A stretch of DNA of 64,000 nt from a virus. Lineage: Duplodnaviria; Heunggongvirae; Uroviricota; Caudoviricetes. The notes under the pieces were generated by a model. That model was not told the DNA's origin. It did not search any database and saw only the letters and a list, made by a program, of their open reading frames with translations. Of this stretch, positions 46,404 through 56,235 are shown piece after piece. The position numbers and the translations under genes are program-made. Position 1 is the first letter of the stretch; each line of letters starts with the position of its first letter. Location: IMG/VR virus record IMGVR_UViG_2695420859_000012; one strand, 5' to 3'.

Positions 46404-47067
46404 AATGGATCACACCGTCGGCAAAATAATTCCGACGCGCATTACAGGCGTCATAACGTTTTGTGCAGTAATCCGCACCAGACATAGACGTCTGCTGGTT
46501 ATTTTTGTCGAAATATGGACCGGTATAGCCGCATTCTGGCCCTCGGTATTTCCACGGGCAGGTGTTTTTAATGATCTGACGATACGGCAGTTGCACCCCC
46601 ATCAAATCGAACACACTGGACAATTCAAACTCGACAACCTGATGAGTTTCGAGAGTTTTCTGTTCGATAAACCACATTTCATCCGGGAAATGTTGGTTTG
46701 GATCTGCTGTTGGGTTGCCGTCTTTAAAATTAACGGCATCGAGGAAGCGAGCCAGCGTCATCTTGCGAATAATGCGGCAGCCAACAAGATCGTCGTTCGC
46801 CTGAACTTCCGCAGAGACGGTTCCGGCAAAGTTCGATACCTGAATTTTTGGACGTGGCAACGTTCCCTGGCCCGTTTTGTCAAAGCCTGATGCTTTTATT
46901 GGCCACGGCTCGTATGTCACTCCTTGCCAGACGACCGGTTGCATCAGTTCGTTTGTTCCGGCGTGGAAGAATAGCTTCCCCCCTGAAGTTGTGTTCGACA
47001 TATCCAGTACGAACAACTCAATGAGTGCAGAGGGAGATAAGCTCTGAATATCAGCTTTAATTCCCAT
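46369..47067 (-). CDS. Minor tail protein (lambda gpL-like)
   Basis: C-terminal LARFLDAVNF...CPWKYRGPECGYTGP...CNARRNYFADGVIHFGGFIG matches lambda gpL as recalled; start moved to M12 behind AAGGA. Confidence 0.8.
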   Translation of the reverse strand: MGIKADIQSLSPSALIELFVLDMSNTTSGGKLFFHAGTNELMQPVVWQGVTYEPWPIKASGFDKTGQGTLPRPKIQVSNFAGTVSAEVQANDDLVGCRIIRKMTLARFLDAVNFKDGNPTADPNQHFPDEMWFIEQKTLETHQVVEFELSSVFDLMGVQLPYRQIIKNTCPWKYRGPECGYTGPYFDKNNQQTSMSGADYCTKRYDACNARRNYFADGVIHFGGFIGATRYG

Positions 47068-47149
47068 TGTTTCATCCTTGAAATAAGTAGGCGCTAACAT
47101 CCTGTCAGCGCCACAATGATAGTAAATTAGTACTTACTTATCCAGATAC

Positions 47150-47485
47150 TTAAGCCTCAAATACTTGTCTGAATGTAGCAGTTAAGACACAGTACCCCTG
47201 ATATCGCTTGACCGTATGACTGTCACATACAACTACAATCTGCTTGCCTCTTGGATTAACCCAATAGAACGATTCAACGCCTGATCGCTCAGTCAGGAAG
47301 TCATCGATTGCATTAATTTCGTTGTATGATCTGGTAAAGGTTAACGACCATTCTTCTTTAATACGATTAAGACCTTGAGCCTGTCGCTGCTCGTAGTCAT
47401 CACCAAAATTAAGTACCGTTACATTCGGTTTTACGCTTTTTTCAGATTCGTAATCTGGATACCAATTAAACGTTTGTCTTTCCAT
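47150..47485 (-). CDS. Minor tail protein (gpM-like)
   Basis: 111 aa between tape measure and gpL-like gene. Confidence 0.6.
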   Translation of the reverse strand: MERQTFNWYPDYESEKSVKPNVTVLNFGDDYEQRQAQGLNRIKEEWSLTFTRSYNEINAIDDFLTERSGVESFYWVNPRGKQIVVVCDSHTVKRYQGYCVLTATFRQVFEA

Positions 47486-47527
47486 CTCACATCCTTGTGA
47501 GACTGCCCCGGTCGGGGCAGTCGATAG

Positions 47528-50500
47528 TTAGTTACGTTGAGTGTTTGGGTTGAGAGATCCGCCAGGGCGTTTCTCTTGAGCGATAGTCTCAAGCGCGATT
47601 GCTTTCATCCGTTGAGCGGCATTGTTCCATATGCTTTCTGTATCGCCGGATTCAGTTGTGCTACCGTCACTATGGACGTTGATCTCAATTGATACCGGAG
47701 AAAGAACATTTCCTCCTCCACTCATACCATCGGTACTGAGCGTTACAGGGATTGTTCGACCATCAGGCAATGGAACATACGCCTCATTCATATCGCCTTC
47801 CCCAAACAACGCCAATTGAGGTGAGTTGGCGATACCGCCTTTCTGGTATGCCCGGAGCGGGATCACGCCGTCTTTTCCGAATATGCCACCATTTGCAAAC
47901 TTCGGAATTGCAGGAATACCATTCGTGCCATCGGCAGCAGAACTGGTCAGATTGTTGAACCCGGAAGTTGAGCCAGAAGAACCGGACATCAATCCATCGA
48001 ATCCACCACCAGCCCATACTGAAACCAAACCAGATGCAACTGTCGCGCCGAAATTCAACCACTTATTACCAGAGCCGGAAGCATTAGCTCCAAGCATTGC
48101 AAACGCGGCAGACAGAGCGCCGGTAACAGAGCTGAGGTTCTGCATCGAGAAGATGGAGTCCTTCACTGCTTTTGTCTCAGCATCTTTGGCTTCGGTGCTA
48201 TCAAATAGCCCCGATACCCAGCTACCAATCGCATTTGTTGCTGTGCCAATTGCGCTGGTGGTCTGCTGTGTTGTTTGCCCCAATCCAGTTACCGAACTGG
48301 ACGTCTCCTTCGTGGCTTCTCCTACCGACTTGTCGCCATTAACAGTGTTGCCCATTCGTACACCTTGATTGGCAACGGCAGAAGCAACTCCAGTGAGCAA
48401 ATTGCCACTCTGTGAACTACCAGCTGCGGTGGTTCCCATCCCCAACATGTTCATTAGAGGCAGCGTGATTTGCGACTTCACGACCATATTGGTGATATCT
48501 TTCAAAATGGACTGAGATAGGCTGGAGAAGCTCATCTTCCCGTTAATAACGAAATCAGTCAGGACATCAGTTAAGCCACTAAACAAATCAGTCCAGGTGC
48601 TTTCGATCTGCTCTGCCAAGTTTTCGTATTCCAGTGCCAACTTCTGCGTCGCAGTCCCCGTCTCTTTAATAAGCGCGGTATTGCCAGCAGCAATCAGTTG
48701 ATTGATTTTCTTTGTATAAAGCGCCACAACTTTAGGATCAGACGCCTTATCACGAAGTTCTATCAACGCTTTGAGATTGCGGTTGTAGGTGTCTTCGAAA
48801 TCGGCAACTTTCTCTTCGCGAGACGGCGTATAGCCAGCACTAATAATGGAATCCGCCTCCGGTGCCCAAGTGGAGATCATCTGCTCAACATTGCGGCGAT
48901 TAAACATCTCACGATATTCAGGTGTCGCATTTTTGAGGTCTTCAAGACGTTTTTTCGCCTTGTCGATCATCTCTTGAGTGATGAACTCGTTAGGAACCGC
49001 ATTAGCCAAATCTGTCAGCGATTTCGTTGTATCGCGAAGAGACTGATCAAACGATACCGTAGCCTTAGAGCTTTCACCCATTTGCCCCATAAGCTGATCG
49101 GCTTTGTCCAGAGCCTTCTGGTATCCGGCTGCCAGTTTCTGTTGCGCTGCCTGTTCCTTCTTGGCCGCACGCTGCGAGGCGTTAGCTGATCGTTGGGCTG
49201 CTTTCTCGGCAGCTGCTGCATCCTGTTCACGAGCTTTAGTTAGTGCAGCAATGGCTGCGGCACGCTCTTCATCGCTCATTTTCTCCAGAGAGCTGGCGCT
49301 GGATGCTTTCTGCAAATTAAGCTGCGTCTTGAGTTGTTTAGGCCCAATAATCGGCTTACCTTCGAAGTCCATCATCGGAGTGCCGTCAGGCAAAGTACGC
49401 TGATAAGTCGCAGAATCCATCTGGTTTCGCATATATTGCGCCAACGCCTTCTGAGCAGCTTTATCAGTTGTACCTAACCCAAGAACAGTCCCCTGGTTTG
49501 ACATTACGCCCTTACCAGTTTTGGCCGCGTTATCTCTCTCGAACTCTGCCTGAGTAAGTTCCTGAGCAACGGCTTCCAAATGCTCCTGATAACCACGAAT
49601 ACTGCCTTGCAGTTTCTGGATTTGCTCGGTATTGCCATCCTTTTTGGCTTTTTCAAGCTGATCATTAAGAGTCGCGATTTGCTTCTCGGTCGCATTCTTA
49701 CGAGAAGAAAGTGAATCAACCAGTTTTTGCGCAGGCTCCAGATAGCTTTTGTTTACCGTTTCACGTAACGGTGCCAATAGCTTGTTCTTTTCGTCATCTG
49801 AAAGTGAACCGTCATCATTGATTTTCTGGATCTTATCCAGAGCCTCCTGCCGGGCTTTCACGAATGTTGCCGCGAAAATCTGGTTTTCCGCTCGAATTTT
49901 CTCAATCTGAGATTCGGCAGCCTCTTTAGCCAAACGCTTTGCTACAGCGCCGTCACCAAGAGCTATCGTGCCGGTTATCTTTTGATACTCTTCCTGATTT
50001 TTTTTCAGGCGTGCTTCGATGTCAGCCTTCGACTCTTTGTGAGTAATAACACCGGCAGAGTTAGATACGTAATTAACACCCTCACCAGTTTTTAATGCTC
50101 GTTGATCAGCAAGAATCTGCTTTTCGAGCTTTTCTGCGCGGTCGGCCATTTGTGCACGTTTGGCCGCCGTCATCGCCTCTGGTATTTTCCTAATCTCGTC
50201 AACGACCTTTGAAGTTTCGCTGCGGAGCATGGTCATGTACGTGATTAGGCCAGCAACAGCTACAGTGGCAACTGTAAATGCTGCCCCTATAGGGTTTGCT
50301 GCAATGAACGCCGTTAATCCAGCAAAAGCGCCTTTAAGCCCCGTAATCGCCCCACGGATGGCGAAAATAAGAGAGGGGATCGGAGCCAGCCCCATACGTG
50401 CCGCACGATTGAATCGGGTTACTGCTGTAGCGCCGAGGTTAAATGGAGTCTGTATGGCGGTCGCCATCGTGGCAAAGGTGCTAACCATCTGGCTGCCTGC

Positions 50501-52120
50501 GCCAACTACCCCCATGATCCCTGCTCGCATCAGTTTGAACGCAACCATCGCGGCCACGACCTTACCGAGATTAATTACCAGCTCTTGGTTCTTTGCTAAC
50601 CATTGAGCAAGCTGACGCAACCCATCAATTGCCGTCGTTAACCCCGAGCCTAAAGAATTGGCAAACGAAATCCCTTCGGCGCTATTCATGATTGAAGCCA
50701 GTTCTTTCATCCCCTTCGATAGAGAATCCAGATATCCGGCCTGACCAACCCGATCAGCAAATAACGTGAATGACGTCTGAAGTTGCGCCAGCGCACCTGT
50801 GTAGGTTTGCATCATGTCTTTCGCTGCGTTCTCATTCTCCGCACGCAGACCAACAAACATCAGAGACAACGCCTGTTTTGCCTCAACCGTACCGCTGGCA
50901 ACGGCTTTAGTCAGTTCCCCCATAGTGATGCCTGCGGCGTCTGCCATTGCCTGCATCGCGTTAGGAACGGCTTCACCTAATTGCTGACGTAGCTCTTCCA
51001 TTGACACAACGCCCTTACCGGACATCTGCTGAACGGCCACAGCCGCACGTTTCAACAGCTCACTATCACCACCAAAACGAGCAACGGAGTCCACCAGCGC
51101 CTTCAGAGAACCATCGGTTGGATCTAAGCCAGCAGAACGAAACTTCACGAAGGAATCTGTTAACGCCTGCATCGCGAACGGCGCATTTTGCGCCATGTCT
51201 ACGATGTACTTCATATCATCAGCGGCAGCCTGGCCAGGGTTGGACTTCTCCTTATTCAACCCTCGAAGCATCACCCGCATACGTTCCATTTCGGCCGCAG
51301 CTTCAACAATAGGCTTCTGCCACCCAAACATGATGTCAGTAACCGTTCTGGCTGCATCTCCGATCTCGCCAAGCAGGAAAATGTTGCCACGAAGGCCAGA
51401 GAACATACCTCCTTCGTTACTTTTACCGCTATGGCCAGAAGCGCCGCTACGCCGCCCGCTACCACCATCGCCACTTCCAGATGTACGAACGCGTACCGGC
51501 TTGCTAATCAGTTGCTGACGTCCGATAACTTCGTCCATCTGCTCACGAACCTTTTTCAGTCCCTCGGCAGCCTGACTCGTTGTGACACCCCAATTACTGA
51601 GTCGCTTCGTCGTGGTATTAAGGCGCGTATTCATGCCACTCACGGACGCAGAGGCTTCTTTGACCTCCGTACCAAAGCGGCTTGCGCTTTTGCTTGCATA
51701 GGTCGCCCAATCAGAGAAATCATTTAGCTCTGATTGCACTTTACGTAATGACGCGGTGAGTTTATCTACTGAAGAAGTTGTCGTATCGACGCGCTCAATC
51801 AGGGCTTTAAGACCAGAATTGAGGCTGGTGATGTTGCCACGCATTTTACGCGTAGCATCTGAAGCAAGCTCAAAACCGGCAGCTACATCCTGTAGTTTAT
51901 CTGCTGTAGAATCGAGCTTGCTTTCCAGAACGCCAATGATACGGGCGACCGAACCCAAAGAGCGTTCAAAGGTTTGGATTTTTTGAGCAGGCTTTGTTAC
52001 CTGCTCACCAAATCGAGTAAGCAGTTTCCCCGCACGATCGATTGACGCTGTAAACTGTTTGTCTTCCAGCGACAGGATAAACTCTACGTTTTGTGACATT
52101 CCCTTGTCATCCTCTGCCAA
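47528..52120 (-). CDS. Tail tape measure protein
   Basis: 1530 aa, Ala/Gln-rich coiled-coil; follows G/GT chaperone genes. Confidence 0.85.
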   Translation of the reverse strand: MAEDDKGMSQNVEFILSLEDKQFTASIDRAGKLLTRFGEQVTKPAQKIQTFERSLGSVARIIGVLESKLDSTADKLQDVAAGFELASDATRKMRGNITSLNSGLKALIERVDTTTSSVDKLTASLRKVQSELNDFSDWATYASKSASRFGTEVKEASASVSGMNTRLNTTTKRLSNWGVTTSQAAEGLKKVREQMDEVIGRQQLISKPVRVRTSGSGDGGSGRRSGASGHSGKSNEGGMFSGLRGNIFLLGEIGDAARTVTDIMFGWQKPIVEAAAEMERMRVMLRGLNKEKSNPGQAAADDMKYIVDMAQNAPFAMQALTDSFVKFRSAGLDPTDGSLKALVDSVARFGGDSELLKRAAVAVQQMSGKGVVSMEELRQQLGEAVPNAMQAMADAAGITMGELTKAVASGTVEAKQALSLMFVGLRAENENAAKDMMQTYTGALAQLQTSFTLFADRVGQAGYLDSLSKGMKELASIMNSAEGISFANSLGSGLTTAIDGLRQLAQWLAKNQELVINLGKVVAAMVAFKLMRAGIMGVVGAGSQMVSTFATMATAIQTPFNLGATAVTRFNRAARMGLAPIPSLIFAIRGAITGLKGAFAGLTAFIAANPIGAAFTVATVAVAGLITYMTMLRSETSKVVDEIRKIPEAMTAAKRAQMADRAEKLEKQILADQRALKTGEGVNYVSNSAGVITHKESKADIEARLKKNQEEYQKITGTIALGDGAVAKRLAKEAAESQIEKIRAENQIFAATFVKARQEALDKIQKINDDGSLSDDEKNKLLAPLRETVNKSYLEPAQKLVDSLSSRKNATEKQIATLNDQLEKAKKDGNTEQIQKLQGSIRGYQEHLEAVAQELTQAEFERDNAAKTGKGVMSNQGTVLGLGTTDKAAQKALAQYMRNQMDSATYQRTLPDGTPMMDFEGKPIIGPKQLKTQLNLQKASSASSLEKMSDEERAAAIAALTKAREQDAAAAEKAAQRSANASQRAAKKEQAAQQKLAAGYQKALDKADQLMGQMGESSKATVSFDQSLRDTTKSLTDLANAVPNEFITQEMIDKAKKRLEDLKNATPEYREMFNRRNVEQMISTWAPEADSIISAGYTPSREEKVADFEDTYNRNLKALIELRDKASDPKVVALYTKKINQLIAAGNTALIKETGTATQKLALEYENLAEQIESTWTDLFSGLTDVLTDFVINGKMSFSSLSQSILKDITNMVVKSQITLPLMNMLGMGTTAAGSSQSGNLLTGVASAVANQGVRMGNTVNGDKSVGEATKETSSSVTGLGQTTQQTTSAIGTATNAIGSWVSGLFDSTEAKDAETKAVKDSIFSMQNLSSVTGALSAAFAMLGANASGSGNKWLNFGATVASGLVSVWAGGGFDGLMSGSSGSTSGFNNLTSSAADGTNGIPAIPKFANGGIFGKDGVIPLRAYQKGGIANSPQLALFGEGDMNEAYVPLPDGRTIPVTLSTDGMSGGGNVLSPVSIEINVHSDGSTTESGDTESIWNNAAQRMKAIALETIAQEKRPGGSLNPNTQRN

Positions 52121-52484
52121 ATATTTGCATCAGTTGCTCTTTGGCGTCAGGGTCTGCCTTATCCTGGCTTGGATCGTAGACTTTATCTGTTACGACTGGT
52201 CTTCCAATCCTGAGTTGCAAACCCTCCATGAACGCCTTCACAGCCTCGCCATCCGCCTGGGACGCACGAGCGACTTGTAAGTTGCGGACATCCTCTTCCG
52301 CACGCAGACGGTCTATATTGCGACTGAGCATCCAGAACATCGTGAGAGGAACGTTCAGTAGCTCTAATGGCGACACGGCGTAGTGAGCAACTACACGACT
52401 GAAATAGAATCCGAGATCTATTGAGACGGTCCTTGTCCCGGATTCATCGCGGGAAATTACTTTGCCCCTTCGCCAGCCGCTTTT
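52107..52484 (-). CDS. T-frame extension of tail assembly chaperone (GT product by -1 frameshift)
   Basis: -1 frame relative to G is open from 52493 down to 52107; A5 run (plus 52481-52485) allows Lys-tRNA re-pairing. Confidence 0.5.
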   Translation of the reverse strand, partial: KSGWRRGKVISRDESGTRTVSIDLGFYFSRVVAHYAVSPLELLNVPLTMFWMLSRNIDRLRAEEDVRNLQVARASQADGEAVKAFMEGLQLRIGRPVVTDKVYDPSQDKADPDAKEQLMQIFGRG

Positions 52485-52774
52485 TCGTTTTCTTCATCAA
52501 TCACTTCCATAGCGAAGGTGAAGATCTGCTGGAGTTGCGGAACAGTCAGTTTTTCAAGAACTTCATCAGGCACTGAAGGGATAACCTTACGAACCAGATC
52601 TGCATAAGCTGTCACTTGCTCAACAGGAGACATGTTCATGAGATCTTTGCCTTCCATCTGCTTGATGGAAACGAACAAACCTACCGTCATTTCAACGATG
52701 GGATATTCCTGACCGCCAAATTTGATGCTTTTCTTCGGAGGCAGAATGGAATCGAGATCGAGTAATTTGGTCAT
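52457..52774 (-). CDS. Tail assembly chaperone (gpG-like)
   Basis: 105 aa between major tail and tape measure genes; acidic C-terminus. Confidence 0.6.
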   Translation of the reverse strand: MTKLLDLDSILPPKKSIKFGGQEYPIVEMTVGLFVSIKQMEGKDLMNMSPVEQVTAYADLVRKVIPSVPDEVLEKLTVPQLQQIFTFAMEVIDEENEKAAGEGAK

Positions 52775-52829
52775 TGGTTTAAATCCTTTTAAAAGAGAGG
52801 CTCATCCTGAGCCTCTGCTTAGTTACTGA

Positions 52830-53576
52830 TTAATCTGCGGAGTTAATCGTTACTGACTTAGTAGCCTTCTTAGAACCGCTATTGCTGGTGAAGGAGATGT
52901 TTGCAGTACCCTGCGCCACACCGCGCACAAGACCCGTTTGATCTACCGTGGCCTTTTCCTGGTCTTCGGATTCCCAAACACCGGTTTTGTCTGCGGCATC
53001 AGCTGGAGTGATTTCGGCTGTCAGTTGCACAGTTTCTCCAGCTTTTACGGTTGGAGATTCCGGTTTGATCGACACGGTTTTTACCGGTTTAGGGCCGCTC
53101 ATTCTTCCCAGAACGCCTTCGTCATCAGGGTACGCACTGAACTGAACAGAGAACACACGAACATCATCAGACTGGTAAGTCATGGTGAAGTTACCTGCGG
53201 TCGCAGCTTTCGGGATGGTCAGAACGTAGTCGGTAGTGTCCTGCGGAGTCAGAACCAGCTCTTTGGCTACGTCGATCAGGTTGACACCCTGTGCGGAAGT
53301 GATGGTCACAGCGTTGTCGTCTTCGTTCAGAGTAGACCCCGGCATCAGATCGACCATATTTTTCAACACAGACTCGGCCAGCGGCGCAGTAATGGTAATG
53401 TTACGACCCTGCACCAGCTCGGACATAATTGTCTGCCCGTGCTGGTCGACAGTGACTTTCAGCGTTTCAGTGGCTACTTCAACCTGAACACCACCTTTGG
53501 TGTAACCCAAATCCACACCACCAAACGACACCTTACAGGCACCAAGTTTGATGTTTTTTACATGGGTATTAGACAT
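52830..53576 (-). CDS. Major tail protein with C-terminal Ig-like domain
   Basis: Start re-called at M13 behind AAGGAG (track 52830..53612); C-terminal Big_2-like segment. Confidence 0.65.
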   Translation of the reverse strand: MSNTHVKNIKLGACKVSFGGVDLGYTKGGVQVEVATETLKVTVDQHGQTIMSELVQGRNITITAPLAESVLKNMVDLMPGSTLNEDDNAVTITSAQGVNLIDVAKELVLTPQDTTDYVLTIPKAATAGNFTMTYQSDDVRVFSVQFSAYPDDEGVLGRMSGPKPVKTVSIKPESPTVKAGETVQLTAEITPADAADKTGVWESEDQEKATVDQTGLVRGVAQGTANISFTSNSGSKKATKSVTINSAD

Positions 53577-53650
53577 TGATGGAAAACTCCTTTTTCCGTT
53601 AATTCTACGCATTCATTGCGCTAATAGTAAGTATATACTTACCGATTAAC

Positions 53651-54157
53651 TTAATTCAATAAATAGCCAGCAAATTCAACAGGAATGCCTGCTTCTATTA
53701 ATGCTCCATCATTTTTGGGATAAATGATTGGCATCGCAATCGGTCGTACCAGTCGAAAATAAACACCACCAGATTCCGTTTCCTCTACTGGAAACATCTC
53801 AATGATTTTATTGGCTTTCTCAACCGTCGTAGTAATTGACGAACCACGCACAATGATTGTGAATGATTCGTGATAAAAGCCCTGTAGCTCATGATCGATG
53901 CTGATACCGGTATTTGGGTTAATAAGCAGGACGCCAGATTTCACATTGGCAGGCAAGTAGTGACAGAAAATGTCAGTCCCGACCGTGCCAATCTTTGCCT
54001 TCTGCATCAAACTTGCAAACGCTTCAATAAACACATTAACCTCTCGTAAATCCGGCTTTTCTGGCAGCCTCAAGAATCGCTTCTGAGAACTGCTTCTCGC
54101 TAATTTCCACCGCTCTTTCCAGAAAGTGTGGCCCAACACGGGGTTTAACACCGGCAA
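53651..54157 (-). CDS. Tail terminator / tail completion protein (by position)
   Basis: 168 aa upstream of major tail gene. Confidence 0.45.
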   Translation of the reverse strand: MPVLNPVLGHTFWKERWKLARSSSQKRFLRLPEKPDLREVNVFIEAFASLMQKAKIGTVGTDIFCHYLPANVKSGVLLINPNTGISIDHELQGFYHESFTIIVRGSSITTTVEKANKIIEMFPVEETESGGVYFRLVRPIAMPIIYPKNDGALIEAGIPVEFAGYLLN

Positions 54158-54509
54158 TTGGTGGGTTTGTCACGTTCTTCATTCGAGAAAGATAACCGAG
54201 TCGGTATTTACCCAGCTCCATGTACTTAGCATAGTCACCTACTTCTACGCCCGGATGCCCCTGACGTGGTTTTGCTCCAGACACAGAAAGCTCAATACGC
54301 AGCCCTGAATAACCTTCTTTAATCACCCTGGCAAAGATGGCTGTCTCCAGAGATCCGGTTTCCAGCGGGGCCATTGCACGGCTGAGGCGCTCAACCAAAC
54401 GCGCCAGCTTTTCCATGTCCCGAATAAGATATCGCTTAAATGCTTTCTGGCTGTTGTTGAGTCTATTCCCCGCACGTTTGAACTGATGCGCATCGTATTT
54501 CAGACCCAT
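54036..54509 (-). CDS. Head-tail joining protein (by position)
   Basis: 157 aa in head-tail connector cluster. Confidence 0.4.
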   Translation of the reverse strand: MGLKYDAHQFKRAGNRLNNSQKAFKRYLIRDMEKLARLVERLSRAMAPLETGSLETAIFARVIKEGYSGLRIELSVSGAKPRQGHPGVEVGDYAKYMELGKYRLGYLSRMKNVTNPPIAGVKPRVGPHFLERAVEISEKQFSEAILEAARKAGFTRG

Positions 54510-54940
54510 ATATTCGCCCCTACTTCAAGATGCCCAGGTCTTCCTCGTAGCCCCCAGCGGCGATGAACACTGGACACCTTTAATTTTTGACCTTCAAGGA
54601 TCAGTACATCATCAAGTTGTACAGCCGCTTCTAAAGGGACAACTAACACAGCATCAAACAGCTCCAGACTCGCCTTACCACGACTACCAGAGCTATCAGC
54701 ACGAACTGACGATTTCTCATTACTCTGTTCGAACTTAACCACGCCGACATTCGTCTTCCTGACGAATTGTAATTGCGCCTCACCGTAAACGTTCTTTGCG
54801 CCAAAGCGGTAGATCGCAATTTCTGTTTGCCATGAAATATTCATGCTCTCTCCCTGTTGTTGTCGGTCGCTCTCATTACTGGCCAAAAAACCTTTCGACC
54901 AAAAGTAAATAATGCGACTGGCGTTACGCACGGCGAACAA
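54500..54940 (-). CDS. Head-tail connector protein (by position)
   Basis: 146-aa ORF. Confidence 0.4.
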   Translation of the reverse strand: MFAVRNASRIIYFWSKGFLASNESDRQQQGESMNISWQTEIAIYRFGAKNVYGEAQLQFVRKTNVGVVKFEQSNEKSSVRADSSGSRGKASLELFDAVLVVPLEAAVQLDDVLILEGQKLKVSSVHRRWGLRGRPGHLEVGANIWV

Positions 54941-55757
54941 TCATACGGTTGTTGATGTAACTGACCAGCAAGCGCCAGGTACTACGAGCCACATGCACGT
55001 TTGCAGCTTTACCGGTACGGTACATGTTGGTTGTTTCACCGATGGACTCTGACAAAATGCCATCCTCTCGTGCTGCGGCTACATCATTGCCATTTGCGAT
55101 CTCACACGCTTCGTTGACAACGGCAAGCATCAACGCTTCTTTGAAGTAGTCAGGGAACTCTTCAAACTTCTCCTGCGTCATCTTTTCCCAATCGACTAAA
55201 TCATGCCGGTACGCTCCATCTGCTTCCCACGGAATGTCATACACATTCAGCATATTTTGAGGGCGATCGTATCGGTCAAAGTCGATACGTAGAATTTTGC
55301 GGATTGAGAACGGTAAAGTTTTAATTCGTCTGGTAGCCTCAATGAGACGCTTGCGCATTAAGCCTTCACCATCCGACAGCAAAGTGTCCCCATTCAGCAT
55401 ATCGATCGCCTGCATTTGAGCATCAGCGACAGTTGCAAACGACTGTTCTGGTATCGACAGTTCAAAACTATTCAGCAGAACATACATTTGCCGCTCTTCA
55501 TGCGTCAGACCCGATGCAACAGCCTTCACAATGACGTACCGCAGATCTCGCTCTTTCTCAGAGAGCTGGTTATATTCAGCCGACACGACAACCGGAATCG
55601 ACATTTGACCGCTGGTAATTTCTAGCGGCTCGCCATCAACGAGAATAGCCCCGGTGCTGTCCTTTACTGTGTAGGTGGCAGATTCGATATCCAGCACGTT
55701 GAAGGCAAATGAAAGAGAAACAGCTTCACCGCTACGATACGAGTCGATCTGCGCCAT
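54924..55757 (-). CDS. Head completion / connector protein (by position)
   Basis: 277-aa ORF. Confidence 0.4.
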   Translation of the reverse strand: MAQIDSYRSGEAVSLSFAFNVLDIESATYTVKDSTGAILVDGEPLEITSGQMSIPVVVSAEYNQLSEKERDLRYVIVKAVASGLTHEERQMYVLLNSFELSIPEQSFATVADAQMQAIDMLNGDTLLSDGEGLMRKRLIEATRRIKTLPFSIRKILRIDFDRYDRPQNMLNVYDIPWEADGAYRHDLVDWEKMTQEKFEEFPDYFKEALMLAVVNEACEIANGNDVAAAREDGILSESIGETTNMYRTGKAANVHVARSTWRLLVSYINNRMIVRRA

Positions 55758-56191
55758 TACTCACCGCCTTGTGCTTTCAGGATGCCGTCAATCATTTCGA
55801 CAATTCCTTTCGCTTTGACACCAACCTGATTACCAATAACTCGTAGACCGGCAATACCTTCGTTGTCTGCAATTGACTCCAGCTCTTCTCGTGTGAAAGT
55901 CTGGATCTGTTTGGCCGGTTCATCTGGTGTCCCACGTTTCATTGGCACAATGTCAGGCGCTGCTGGCTCGGTAATCAGGTCTGCTGTCAATTCACCACGA
56001 TCACTGTATGCGGCAGACGGAGAAACATTTTTGCCCTCTACTGTTGACGCTCGCATTGAAGCACAAATCCTCTGCTGATCGATAAAAGGCAACTCCGCTA
56101 CGGATACCCCGTTCTCGAACTGAACGCCACACAGCATTCCCGAATAACCGGAAAATTGCGGTTCTAATAAAACAATTTTTGCTGGTTTCAT
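55757..56191 (-). CDS. Hypothetical head-associated protein
   Basis: 144-aa ORF. Confidence 0.35.
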   Translation of the reverse strand: MKPAKIVLLEPQFSGYSGMLCGVQFENGVSVAELPFIDQQRICASMRASTVEGKNVSPSAAYSDRGELTADLITEPAAPDIVPMKRGTPDEPAKQIQTFTREELESIADNEGIAGLRVIGNQVGVKAKGIVEMIDGILKAQGGE

Positions 56192-56235
56192 AACGCTTTC
56201 TCTCCACTTGGGCGGCGAAAGCCGCCCAATATCGG

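Noticed and set aside
47622-51986. Many plus-strand ORFs embedded in the tape measure gene
   Set aside because: Antisense shadow ORFs within a long, compositionally biased coding region; none has an RBS or independent context.
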